The notes under the pieces were generated by a model. The model was given only the letters and a program-made list of their open reading frames with translations, did not search any database and was not told the DNA's origin. From the NCBI GenBank assembly GCA_965644295.1, contig CBFFRP010000432.1, positions 1-64,000 on the forward strand: a DNA stretch of 64,000 nucleotides, written 5' to 3'. The DNA is from Paraphysomonas bandaiensis. Its lineage: Eukaryota; Protista; Chrysophyceae. Below are positions 1 to 10,817 of the stretch, in pieces (the stretch's first letter is position 1; each line of letters begins with the position of its first letter). The translations under genes were made by a program, and so were the position numbers.

Positions 1-140
1 ATGTATGTACCACCGTGTATGTATGAACTCATAGCTATGTAGGTGTTCTGAAATCATGATATAAGGGACTATGAAGGCTACTTGTAAGGGGTTGCAATGA
101 AAGTCTCGTATCTACTATAACGTTTATGTGCGCCATTCAG

Positions 141-1125
141 GCGGCCTTTTCGTTATATCCAAATAGGCATCCTACTAGCCGATGGAGCAGTCTATCAAGC
201 TACTCTCGTCTGTAGTGCATCACCGACAAGCAGTACTCGATTAGTTGATGTTTTAAAATCAACGAGTGATCCCGGTAATACTTCTCATGCGACAGGTATT
301 GAACTCTGTCCTGTTGAAGATCCCATATGCGGAGATAACAGAGGAACTTTTGATTACTCGGTGCTGACCTCATCCGGCGTCAAGCCTACAAACTTAACCG
401 AGATTACGTCTCTATTGAAGCTATCAATTGCTTTTGCATATTCCTACGCCTTATCTCAGCAGCCTGCCCCACGGGACCCCTATATACTGGTGTGTGGTCT
501 ACTGGGAGCATTCTTATCACGGCTAGTTCATTCAACTGATAACTATGATGAGTTCCGTGTCTTCTCTAAGCAGCCAGGTATAGTATACCAATCAAATAAT
601 TAAATTTTTTGTACTTAACATCATGTAGACACGTTGGTTCCACTGATGCGCTCTGTCAGGGACACCAGAACGACAAGCCGACTAGGACGACTATATGGAT
701 TTATAGGTACAACATTCCTATTTATGCACAGTGTAGATGACGTGTTTGTGGGACTGTAGGTGGCTGGGTAGTAAGTTACTTAGTCTCAGATGGAGTCAGA
801 GACGCATTATCCCGGTATGCCTCAATTTGATTAAATATATTGTCAATCCGATGATACATACAACTGAAAGTGTTGAACCGTGAAGTTTGCAATACGTACC
901 AAAGATTATATTTAACTTTATGTATAACTCAGGCTTCCCATGTTGAGCATCCTACGTTCGACCTATTCTCCTATGAGTGGAAGGTTGTCAGACCGTCTTG
1001 TAAGTTTGAAGCTCTTGTGGTCTGTTCGCCGAGCGGTTTGGATTATCTCCAAGGCGTATATCAGGAAACGAAGCAAGAAAGCTTTTTCTACCTTTTGGAG
1101 ATATAGAAATCGAAAGACCAAATAG
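141..1125 (+). CDS. 3' part of a spliced hypothetical protein gene (5' end unresolved)
   Basis: Open frame from ~141 to ~578 can be spliced in frame across GT-AG introns (~579-627, 707-760, ~815-932) into the 940..1125 frame ending TAG. No recognisable domain. Confidence 0.4.
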
Positions 1126-1649
1126 TATTTATCAGTATATGTGTTGTACCATAAACCAGAGTGGGATAATGTGACTTATGTTAATAACTGATATGTAAAT
1201 TTTATTATATTGCAAGTTGACAGCAGTTGTAAATTACATCAACTACGTTGTTACAGATGCTGTGCATTGTTGTCACAGAAGTAGTCAAGCAGATCTCTAT
1301 TTCACCTATAATAGACAATAGACAGAGTTCTGCCTTATTTTTTATTCGCATCAACATGTGCCTCTGCATCCATTGTCGATCCTGTTGCTTGGTTTCCAAA
1401 AAGCGTGTGCTTATATCTTTTTACCCGACTGCTGGCTCTGGTGTAATTCATGTCGGCTACAGAGCAGAGACTGTATGCTAGTTGAATGTTGAATATGTGA
1501 TACATGCGATCAGGACGTCCTTCTTTTAGGCATGAGAGTTTGTCATCTTCTTCTATGATTTTTACATGTTTTTAATTTGCGCTTGGCTTTTGATTCCATC
1601 CACGAATTCTACCTCAGTTTAAGTAAGCTGCATCTCTATAGTGAAGTAG

Positions 1650-1776
1650 TGAATGTCTGATTATTTAGCAATAGGCGTTGAGACCTTGCATCAATTAGTG
1701 GCTAGAAGAATGCTAGTCATACTAGTTAGACCACTACCCGTAACTAATCAATACAAACTCTTTTATCCTACTATTT
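1650..1776. mobile_element. Half-copy of MITE family A
   Basis: About 125 bp (ttatttagcaataggcg...ctagttagacc.ctaccc.taactaatca) aligns by eye with the reverse complement of 14161-14290. Confidence 0.75.
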
Positions 1777-2019
1777 AACGCTACGAAAGCTGCTTGTGCG
1801 TCGCCGTCTCTATAGTGATAAACTTGGTTACTTTTGCCAGATCAGTGCTCTGGGGGATAAGTGCCGGAGATGTTTCTCCGGAAAACTAACGTGAGATGCA
1901 TATTATATAGTCAGCAGATATCTTTCCGCCACTCATAGCCTAATTCTTTTGTGTTGTATGTTGTACAAGGGCAATGAAATCACTTGTGTAGACGTCTTTG
2001 GGCCCTGACAAATAAACAG

Positions 2020-2153
2020 GCATCCGGAAATGGGCCCACCGCAAGAGCATCCGGAGTATTAGACTGCCTGCTGAAGTCAAGGATCCGGGAATGGGCCTAC
2101 TTCAAGGGCATCTGGGATATTGGGCTGCCTGCTGAAGTCAAGCATCCGGGATG
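2020..2153. repeat. Imperfect tandem repeat, 61-bp unit x ~2.2
   Basis: Units start at 2020, 2081 and 2142 with g(c/g)atccgg; the two full units end ctgcctgctgaagtcaa. Confidence 0.8.
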
Positions 2154-2732
2154 TTCATCTTAAGGACTCAATAATCCTGAAGTTAGCAGATGTCAGGTAT
2201 ATCAACATCTTCTGGCTCATTGCGTTTGCTTTGAGTGTGAGAGCTAAAGCACCTTGGTGCTTGCATTAATTATTTATTAATTATCAGAGTTAAGCACTAC
2301 TTATATAGTTAAATTGAAATGCTATATTAATTCTGAATCGTAAAGGCCAATATTGCTAATAATAAGACGTTCACTACGACTGTCGATTACATACTTATAT
2401 AAGGTACAAATACGCCATATCATTTGTCTCGTCCTATTCTCTCTGCAGCTTCATGAACATATTTCGTAGACTTCTTCCCTTCGCTATATGTCCGATTCTT
2501 CCTCTTCTTGAACTGAAGCTCGTAAGTTTCGGAGGTGATGAAGTCTCAGGTTATTCGTACCATGTGTGAAATTTGAGAAAGTAGTTAATTTAGCTAACTT
2601 TTAGTATTTCAGCATGCGGGTGTATATATATTAAAGTTTGAAATAGCTATATTGTCTTAGTTGTTCTAAGTATAATATGCTACAATTACTAAATTGGGTT
2701 TTCAATATGCTTCTTCATGAATACTGCATATA

Positions 2733-4486
2733 TATATGAAAGTCTGATTATTACATGAGTACGGTTGCGTACAGAAACTAGTTTATGTCTATAGACTACT
2801 AGCTAATAACTAGATTTGCTATATACTACTAGTGGCGGGCAACCGTCTCGGGACTGCTTGTGCATCGCTGCGAGCACCATGGTGCAACCGTCCCTTGTAG
2901 TGAGGTTAGTCGGGGTTCTACCTTTGGGCAATGTGTCTGGCGGGCCTGTGCCATGGATTATGTGGGGGGTGGGTGAGGCGAGATGTATATGAGAGTGCAA
3001 GTCGGTGGTGGAGATGGTGCTGGTTGTTGAGGTGGGGTTTCGGCCACAAGTAAGGAGGAGTTGTTTCCGGAGTGGTTGCGCTTGCCTCTGTCGGGTCTGG
3101 GCTCTTGCAGAGAGTTTAGTTCGTGGGGTGGATGTCGCCTGGAGTAGCTGGAGTACTTTTGGTGTCGGGTGGGTATCCTGGGGCTGGCGTTGCTTTGCGT
3201 TTGTCGGGACCGGTGTCGCCTGTGCCGTGTCTACGTTGTGGTGTCTGTGTCCCCTATTGCGAAGCATGCGGAGCCCTCCATCATATAGGGGAAGTAGGAT
3301 AGAGGCGATGGATTTTTCTAGGGCGTGGAATTGATGTTCGAGCAGTGAGCTGGATATGTGGCGTCCGAATGCGTCGGCCATTTGTGTGGCAGTAATGTGG
3401 CCGGTCCAGTAGCGCTCAACCTGGGGGGTGGTTGGGTTCCATGCCGCTTTGGCTAGTTTGGTTATGGCGGTGTAAAACCAGGGATGGGGGAGCGTGCGTG
3501 TGCGAAGTTTGTCAAGCTTATTGTGGTGTGCTTGGTGGACATCTTCACGTATGTGAATGATGTCAGGGTGAGTGCAGGTGAGAAGCATGTGCGCCATGTT
3601 GTCTGTGGGGTGTGCACAGTCTGCGCTTGTGGAAGCCGTTGTGCGATCATGTCCGGATTTTCCTTTGGCTCGGTTTCTACCCATTGCAAAGGATTTGTCC
3701 CAGACGTATGCCGTCTCGCGTATACGCTCTGCGAGGGGGATGTAGTGTTTGGAGGAGTTATGGGTACGGAGGGGATGGAGCTTGTGTGGGAGCCTTGTTC
3801 CGCTGCGTGTCCAATACTGCGGGTCTCGTTGCGTTTGTGCAGCATACATGCTATCTCGTCGGAGGGTGTATTGATGGAGGTCCCACTGGTGGTGGAGATC
3901 TGTAACGTCTCCTAGCATAGGACCGAGGTCTGTGAGGAGGTGTATATCGTATCTACGCCAGTGCCATTGACCCGTGGTGAAGAATTCTTCCAGTATGTGC
4001 GTAGCGTCAGTTGTGACAACACTGTAGTTGGAGGCTCCGAGCACTTTGTCTATAGTGTCTTCCAATCGCCGCTGGCGGCGGCGTCAGCTATATAAATGCC
4101 GTGGTCAGTGTAGGTCCAGTTGCTTTGATCTTGTGTTCTACGTTCGGGGTGCGAGCGCATCCATTGTATTGGACGCTGTTTAAGAGCTGTGGTGTGGCGA
4201 GGCATTCGTAAAATATTCCCTGGGGCTTTGTTCCGAGGGCGCGCCGTCTGTGTGAGAGGGCCTCTTTGGTCCGCGTCTGTACCGCCTGGCAGTCAGTCCA
4301 GATTGGCACGGAAGAGTGGAGTACATTGGAGAATGTCAGTGCTGCTGACATTGCAAGGGTTTCGTAGGTGTAGGCGTTGAGGCCAGGCGCTGTGTGCTGT
4401 GGTGCCGTAAGTTGTAGGATTTTGGTTTGTCTGTGACCCCAGGTGTTCTTGGGCGGGAGCCATACAATTGCAGCTCCTCCGTCGTG
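2733..4486 (-). mobile_element. 5'-truncated non-LTR (LINE-like) retrotransposon fragment with RNase H and C-terminal Zn-knuckle remnant, frameshifted
   Basis: GC-rich island flanked by the 15-bp direct repeat TGAATACTGCATATA (2718-2732 and 4487-4501). Minus-strand frames give RNase H motifs DGGAAIVW, NAYTYETLA, WTDCQAV, QWMRSHP and GIYIADAAA, then DNMAHMLLTC. Frameshifts near 4190 and 4065. The 3' end runs into (TA)n. Confidence 0.85.
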
Positions 4487-4740
4487 TGAATACTGCATAT
4501 ACGCCTATACTTGACTCATATCATAGGCTCTAGACTCTAGAGTATTAATTACGTAGTTGTATTCTAGTACGTAGTATTCTCTGGGTACAACTGTTAGAGT
4601 TTACTGAACGGGAAATGCAATTCAATCTAGTCAAATTTGTTAAATTTTCTACTCAGACTAAAATAAGATTCGTGTAAAAACGTAAAAACCTAGTCAAAGT
4701 AATAAATATTCAAGTTAGCCAATGTTATTTATGTATATAT

Positions 4741-4800
4741 AAAAGTCTTATTGTTAGCAATAGGCATCGAGAATCTGCACCAGCTAAGTAGCTAGATGAA
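4741..4800. mobile_element. Single degenerate terminal repeat of MITE family A
   Basis: aaaagtcttattgttagcaataggcatcgagaatctgcaccag resembles the TIR starting at 14055. Confidence 0.55.
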
Positions 4801-5031
4801 AAATGAGTCAAGCTATTTTCGTTATCAACCTAGCTACGCATTATAGATTATAGACCACTGAAATCACACAGCAGGTAAAGTGAAACTAATCAGCATAGAT
4901 TAGGTCAAAACAAAAAAAAGAGAAATATAGCTTTTTTTCACTAAACTAGCAAGCTAGCTATGAGCTTGTTGACGCAATTTAAGGAGACGTACTTAAGTGT
5001 ACTATGTCCTTGCACTTAACAAAGATATATA

Positions 5032-5351
5032 TGTTGACTAATGACCATTTTCAGATGATTAAGATCGTTGTAAGAGAAGTTTAAGTTAGTCAAACTAGAT
5101 AGATTACTTTATTATGATTGTATACACAATTGTGTGTGTTGTCATGTAACACATGTCAACAACATGATAAATTATTTCGTTCATGTCAACCACTGCTCAA
5201 CTTCCGTATCTTGAATCGTCATGATATAATACTTCAGTTTCACAGTTATAGCTATATAGCACCTTTGACTATTGACTACGTATTACTGTTTTTCACATTG
5301 TATTTAACGTATTCTACAGTACTATCTTAGAGAACCATACGTATTCCAACA
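5032..5351 (-). repeat. 3' LTR of the copia element
   Basis: Identical by eye to 10193-10512. Confidence 0.97.
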
Positions 5352-5361
5352 CTCCTCCTCA
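5352..5361 (-). other. Polypurine tract
   Basis: Minus strand reads TGAGGAGGAG immediately before the TGTTGG start of the 3' LTR. Confidence 0.85.
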
Positions 5362-5517
5362 ATGTAGAAACGAGTAATCGTCGTTATACTGCAGCTATAT
5401 ATATCATCTAGTCATCTTAGGATAAAACGGATGTGAAAATCTTCATAAAGATACTGTGAACATCACACTTCGCTGTAACACAGTTATGTGGGATTCTTAC
5501 CCACTAAAAACACACCC

Positions 5518-8500
5518 TTAACCTTTCTTGAACCGCTTCTTCTGATTCTTCTCAACTTCATTTGAAATGCTCCTCTTTTCCCCTGTGATAGTTTCTTCAT
5601 GGAGTTTAAAGAGCTTTGTAGATAACGCTTTTGTAAATATGTCGGCCGCCATATCCTTAGTCGATACATGAATCAATCTGGCTGTAGGAAACCTTCCATT
5701 TACGTGTTCCCGAACCCAGTGGTACTTTATCTGAATATGTTTTGATCTTTTGTGGTAGACTGGATTTTCTGACAGATCTTTTGCACTCTTGCTGTCCATG
5801 AAGAATGGGGTTGGCTTCGTCAATGCGAGTCCTAGCTCTCGTAACACCCCCCGTAGCCACACCAGTTCTTGCATGGCCGCATATTCTGCCATATACTCGG
5901 ACTCCATACTGGAAGTTGCAACTGTAGTCTGCAGTTTGGACTGCCATGCGATTGCTCCAGCACATAAGAATACAATATAACCGGTAGTTGAACGTCTCGT
6001 TAGTATATCACCTGCCCAGTCCGCATCACTAAATACATGTAAATCAAACTTACTCCCACTGAATTTGATTCCTTTGCTGGTGGTGCCTCTCAAATATTTC
6101 AATAAATGAATAGCTAAACGACACGATGCGTATGTAGGATTACTGCTGTATCTCGATAGTAGTCCGATTGCATAGGCGAGATCTGGTCTTGTGTGGAGTG
6201 CGAGATACAGGATTGCTCCAATAATACTACGATACGGAAATTTTGAGACCCATTCCTCCTGTTCTGATGTAAGTTCCCGTTCTGCAGCTAGTAGTTCTTG
6301 TGCATTTGATGGCAACGGAGCTTCCTTATTCTTTCTACTGTTTCCCATGACATGGTTGAATTTCTGAATCACTTTCTCCGCATACTTCGATTGATCTAGT
6401 TTGAACCAGTCTTCGCCTCTCGTGATTCGAATATTTAGGAAACTTTGGCACTCTCCCATGTCCCTCATTTCAAACGTTTGGCAGAACTTGTTCTTGACAA
6501 AAACAAGGAATTCAAAATCCACAGATGCGATAATGATGTCATCTACATACAGGAGTAATAACGTAAGTTTGCCTTGGTGCCAACGATAATATAAGCAGGT
6601 ATCTAACACGCATGATCTAAACTGCATTGACTTTATGAATTTATCGATGTGGCGATTCCACTGACGCGGTGAGGCTCGTAAACCATATAGTGCTTTGATG
6701 AGTTTAAAGCACCATCCATTGCTGAGCTCCTCATCTGGAGGTGGGTACATGTAGACATCTTCATCTAAATTTGCATAACAAAATGCAGAACTGACATCAA
6801 GCTGGTGTACATGCATATGGAACATAAAAGCAATTGCAATCACGAGCCTGATAGTTATCCCTTTTACGACCGGTGCAAATGTAGATGGCTCCTCCTCAGT
6901 TTTCTCCTGAAGATTTCCTAGTGCGACTAGTCGAGCTTTATACTTCTGTATGTTGCCTAGTATGTCACGCTTGAGTTTGTGAACATACTTACATCTGATT
7001 AATTTGACCCCAGATGGTCGACGTACTATCTTCAAAACGCCTCTTCGTAAAAGAGCTTTCTTCTCTATTCGTCTGGCTGTTCTCCATTCGTCCGCTTGAG
7101 GGGACCTCTCCGCCTCTAGAAAACTGTTCGGTTCATGGACGTGTTCATTCTCAGTACTCTCCTCTGAATCCATGACATTTACATCGGCATCCATTACCTC
7201 TATCATGTTAATTTCTCCTAACACTGAAGCATTAGCTAGCCTCCTCCGTAAACGCTTACGTTTCTCTGCATCCCTTTTAGATACTCTCTGTAGGGTATTA
7301 GTACTGTTAGAATTTATAGTATCAGTATATTCAGGTACTCCCTGAGCTGCATCTTCATCAAGTACTCCTTGAGTCATATCTTCATCAGGTGCTCCCTGAA
7401 TAATACCATGGTTAACTAGCTGCTCCTGATGGCTCTCAGGCGCTGGGATAGTGGACGTACTCCGTCCATCAGTGGTACTAGAGGCGTCCCTCGTTCCCGT
7501 ATATCCCGTGTATCCAGGCGTATTCCTTGTCATTACCTGAACATCTTCTATATGTATGGGTACCTTCTGCTCAATGTGGGTTCTCCCCGCAGTTACAAGT
7601 GACCGATAACCAACAATGACACCCTTTCTTTCTACCACTCTGGTGGTCTTGTACAACAGCCCGTCTTCATCGTCTATGTGAAAAGTCTTCACGAGATGCT
7701 GATAATCATTCACCGTCTTTGGTCTAGGTGCTGTTCGTACTCGGAGAGCGTCGATTTCTGCGTAATATTCTTCGGTGCGGGAAGGTATACTCTCATCTGT
7801 GAGTATGTGTACACACGTAATTACCTTATCGGTTGCTGGGAGATACACCTGGTATCCAACTTTATCTTCCGAATATCCCACTAGGTATCCAATCTTTGAT
7901 TTATCGTCCCAGTCCTTTCGCCTATCCGCCTTAGGTGTCAATATATAAGTTTTGCACCCCCATACTCTAAAATATTTCAAACTGGGTGGCTGACCCGTGA
8001 CATACTCATATGGGGACATGTATCCTCTGTCCGTCCTTGTAGGGAGTCTGATCAGTGTATAGCGAGCAGCATGATACGCGTCTAACCAGAATGGAACCGG
8101 TAGGCCTGACTGCAACAACATCGCCAACGCCATCTCTGATGCAGTCCTGAATTTTCGCTCCTCTACTGCATTCATTTCCGGACTATCTGTTGAAGACCAA
8201 GTATGTTTGTAGCAGCCTTGTGATCTCAAATAGCTCCTAAGTTCTTGATTTATGAGTTCTCCAGCTCCATCAGCGTGGTAGTGGTCCACTCTCAGCTTAT
8301 ATTGCCTAATCTCTCCTTCGAACACCTCTCTAAAAAACTGAATCACTTCTTCTTTAGTACGCTGGTTTACGCCTTTTACCCAGAACATCCTACTCGGGTG
8401 ATGAGTTAGTTTGATCACGTAGCGCTCATCACCTCGAGCGGGAGTATTCAGAAATACTTGCACATCAGCCGATATGTCCGGCTTGACATCCGTATCCTCC

Positions 8501-10209
8501 TTTGTGTGAAACGAAACTCTCGTAATCTTTGATCTGGCACATATGCTACAGAGACAAGATTTTTTTAATGCAGTCTTCGATAGGTGCTTCCTCTGCAGAT
8601 TTGAGCCAGTGAACAACATCCTTCTATGTGCCTCCGTTAGAGCCCCTTTGTTGAAATGGCCCATTCTCCTATGCAGCAGTTCCAGCTCGTCCTCACCAGT
8701 CCTATCGCTAAGATTTACTTCACAATTACTCGGTGTAGACACATCTGGAAGCTCCAACAGCTGCTGAGTTGGAACTGCAGTCATTCCATTCTTCATGGGT
8801 CCCTCCAGTACCAGCTCACCGGTATTACAGTCATAAATTTGGATCCCATACCACACCGTGAATCGATAGCCCATTTCGTTCAGCTTACGTCCGGAGCACA
8901 GGCATCGATTGATCTGATCTGAAATTTCTATGTCTCTCCATGCTCCACGGGAACCCACACTTGTGATATGAATCTCTGATCCCTTCTTAGATCCGTTTAT
9001 CACCTTTGATGTATTCATATGAGTGTCAAGCATGGTCACATCATTCATTAAGAACATTGATGATGAACAGCATGTATCTATGTATGTATAGTGTTCAGCA
9101 GTACCAATCATACAACATGTGTCACTTTTATCATATATATCAACAGCACAGTCATAAAGCATATTCGCTTCGGACTCCGAGTCAGACTCGGTTCCTCCTC
9201 TGCGGATATTCTCGAATGTGAAAACCTTCCCAGATTTCTGGGGTTTCTTGGTCTTTCCAGTCGAATTTCGGGGACATTCGTTCGCGCGATGGTTTTTGGA
9301 TTTGCATACTCTGCATCCTGTATATTCCTTACTGCCCGGTCTTTGTCCCTTCGTTTCCCCCTTTTTCTTCCTACATTGTTCTGTATTATGATTGTGTATT
9401 ATACCTTTCTTCGAGCAATAAGTGCACTTCCTCTTTGTAGATACTCTCTCTTTCTTTCGAGGCTTTTCAATATGATTCAGCTCCTCCGTGCTCTTGCGCT
9501 TCTTCTCTATGATTTTCCTCCCATACTTGGTGTCGTCGAACTGTTCGATACGTTTGGATAGCAATTCATATGGTACATCATCGGGCATTAAATACAGGGC
9601 ATAATTCAAACCGTCATATTCATCACTGATAATTCCCTCCTTCAGCCTACTAATTTTTGATTCTTCCGTTACCGTTTGGTTATGCGCCTGAAGTTCACGA
9701 AGAAGCAGCTCAAAACGCAGTACATACTCTTTCGCGGTCTCCCCTGGCTTCATCTCGAATGATCCAAACTGAGCAAGCAGAGCACTAATCTTGTTTTGTG
9801 TTCCCCCTTCAAAACACGATTTAAGAGTGCTAACCATCTCTCTGGCGCTGAACTTATTAACTCTTCCTTCAGCTGCCTTGAACTCCTTGTGCTTCAGATG
9901 AAACTTCTGCAGCGCCTTCGGAGATCGCTTCACCGCCTCTCTGCAGTATGAGTAAGCAATTGCATTCGCCTTCCAATACTTGTCCACCGCTTCTTTGTAG
10001 GACTTGGTCTCAAGACTATTCAGGGGTTGAATTCCGAAATCCTCTTCCTCTGGTGGCCTTTCTAGAGCCACCTCACTCTGCTCCTTTCTCATAAGGAACG
10101 TCTCAAAGTCTTCGATCCATTGTTCAACGTTGCTCTCGTCGAACCATGGAACATCAGCTCTATCCTCCTTCTCTCCTCCGCATTCGCTACCATGTTGACT
10201 AATGACCAT
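5518..10209 (-). CDS. Copia gag-pol polyprotein
   Basis: Zn knuckle CRVCKSKNHRANEC; protease YIDTCCSS; HHCC LLHRRMGH...CSIC; integrase ADVQ/HADGAGEL/NAVEER; RT KARLVA, QLDVSSAF, LYVDDII; RNase H SDADWAG/ESEY/MDSKSA. First in-frame ATG at 10209; the frame is open from the TTG at 10254. Confidence 0.97.
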   Translation of the reverse strand: MVISQHGSECGGEKEDRADVPWFDESNVEQWIEDFETFLMRKEQSEVALERPPEEEDFGIQPLNSLETKSYKEAVDKYWKANAIAYSYCREAVKRSPKALQKFHLKHKEFKAAEGRVNKFSAREMVSTLKSCFEGGTQNKISALLAQFGSFEMKPGETAKEYVLRFELLLRELQAHNQTVTEESKISRLKEGIISDEYDGLNYALYLMPDDVPYELLSKRIEQFDDTKYGRKIIEKKRKSTEELNHIEKPRKKERVSTKRKCTYCSKKGIIHNHNTEQCRKKKGETKGQRPGSKEYTGCRVCKSKNHRANECPRNSTGKTKKPQKSGKVFTFENIRRGGTESDSESEANMLYDCAVDIYDKSDTCCMIGTAEHYTYIDTCCSSSMFLMNDVTMLDTHMNTSKVINGSKKGSEIHITSVGSRGAWRDIEISDQINRCLCSGRKLNEMGYRFTVWYGIQIYDCNTGELVLEGPMKNGMTAVPTQQLLELPDVSTPSNCEVNLSDRTGEDELELLHRRMGHFNKGALTEAHRRMLFTGSNLQRKHLSKTALKKSCLCSICARSKITRVSFHTKEDTDVKPDISADVQVFLNTPARGDERYVIKLTHHPSRMFWVKGVNQRTKEEVIQFFREVFEGEIRQYKLRVDHYHADGAGELINQELRSYLRSQGCYKHTWSSTDSPEMNAVEERKFRTASEMALAMLLQSGLPVPFWLDAYHAARYTLIRLPTRTDRGYMSPYEYVTGQPPSLKYFRVWGCKTYILTPKADRRKDWDDKSKIGYLVGYSEDKVGYQVYLPATDKVITCVHILTDESIPSRTEEYYAEIDALRVRTAPRPKTVNDYQHLVKTFHIDDEDGLLYKTTRVVERKGVIVGYRSLVTAGRTHIEQKVPIHIEDVQVMTRNTPGYTGYTGTRDASSTTDGRSTSTIPAPESHQEQLVNHGIIQGAPDEDMTQGVLDEDAAQGVPEYTDTINSNSTNTLQRVSKRDAEKRKRLRRRLANASVLGEINMIEVMDADVNVMDSEESTENEHVHEPNSFLEAERSPQADEWRTARRIEKKALLRRGVLKIVRRPSGVKLIRCKYVHKLKRDILGNIQKYKARLVALGNLQEKTEEEPSTFAPVVKGITIRLVIAIAFMFHMHVHQLDVSSAFCYANLDEDVYMYPPPDEELSNGWCFKLIKALYGLRASPRQWNRHIDKFIKSMQFRSCVLDTCLYYRWHQGKLTLLLLYVDDIIIASVDFEFLVFVKNKFCQTFEMRDMGECQSFLNIRITRGEDWFKLDQSKYAEKVIQKFNHVMGNSRKNKEAPLPSNAQELLAAERELTSEQEEWVSKFPYRSIIGAILYLALHTRPDLAYAIGLLSRYSSNPTYASCRLAIHLLKYLRGTTSKGIKFSGSKFDLHVFSDADWAGDILTRRSTTGYIVFLCAGAIAWQSKLQTTVATSSMESEYMAEYAAMQELVWLRGVLRELGLALTKPTPFFMDSKSAKDLSENPVYHKRSKHIQIKYHWVREHVNGRFPTARLIHVSTKDMAADIFTKALSTKLFKLHEETITGEKRSISNEVEKNQKKRFKKG
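10181..10192 (-). other. Primer binding site, probably for initiator tRNA-Met
   Basis: TGGTAGCGAATG directly follows the 5' LTR. TGGTAGC is complementary to the ...GCUACCA 3' end typical of eukaryotic iMet tRNA. Confidence 0.8.
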
Positions 10210-10512
10210 TTTCAGATGATTAAGATCGTTGTAAGAGAAGTTTAAGTTAGTCAAACTAGATAGATTACTTTATTATGATTGTATACACAATTGTGTGTGT
10301 TGTCATGTAACACATGTCAACAACATGATAAATTATTTCGTTCATGTCAACCACTGCTCAACTTCCGTATCTTGAATCGTCATGATATAATACTTCAGTT
10401 TCACAGTTATAGCTATATAGCACCTTTGACTATTGACTACGTATTACTGTTTTTCACATTGTATTTAACGTATTCTACAGTACTATCTTAGAGAACCATA
10501 CGTATTCCAACA
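10193..10512 (-). repeat. 5' LTR of the copia element
   Basis: Identical by eye to 5032-5351; TG...CA ends. Confidence 0.97.
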
Positions 10513-10817
10513 ATATAATTTAAAATTTAAATTATCATGGTTCATGTTTTCTATATTCAATTTTTAGTTTTTCTAACAGCTTGCATGTATGTGCTATTAT
10601 ACCGTAACCACAATGTCGTTCACCTATACTGTCACAGTAATGCTGTAAAAACGAATATTTTACAGAGTATTCTACAACAGTGTATCACAAGCGCTCCGAC
10701 TTAATCACACGCTCAGTACATTAACAGAAAAAGCATTCAAAAGTACCCTTTCCATTGATATGAGAAAAACGGAGTTCAGTCTACATGATCAATCAATAAT
10801 ACACAGAGTACAAAATT

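Larger units (their letters stand above)
5032..10512 (-). mobile_element. Intact Ty1/copia LTR retrotransposon
   Basis: Two 320-bp LTRs (5032-5351, 10193-10512) with TGTTG...CAACA ends, ATATA TSD (5027-5031, 10513-10517), PBS and PPT, and one uninterrupted gag-PR-IN-RT-RH ORF in copia order. Confidence 0.98.

Noticed and set aside
2020-2153. CRISPR-like repeat-spacer pattern
   Set aside because: The intervening segments are themselves homologous, the context is eukaryotic and there are no cas genes.
5118-5330. Duplicated 70-aa ORF (also 10279-10491)
   Set aside because: It lies within the LTRs, antisense to the element and with a non-ATG start; the duplication just reflects the LTRs.
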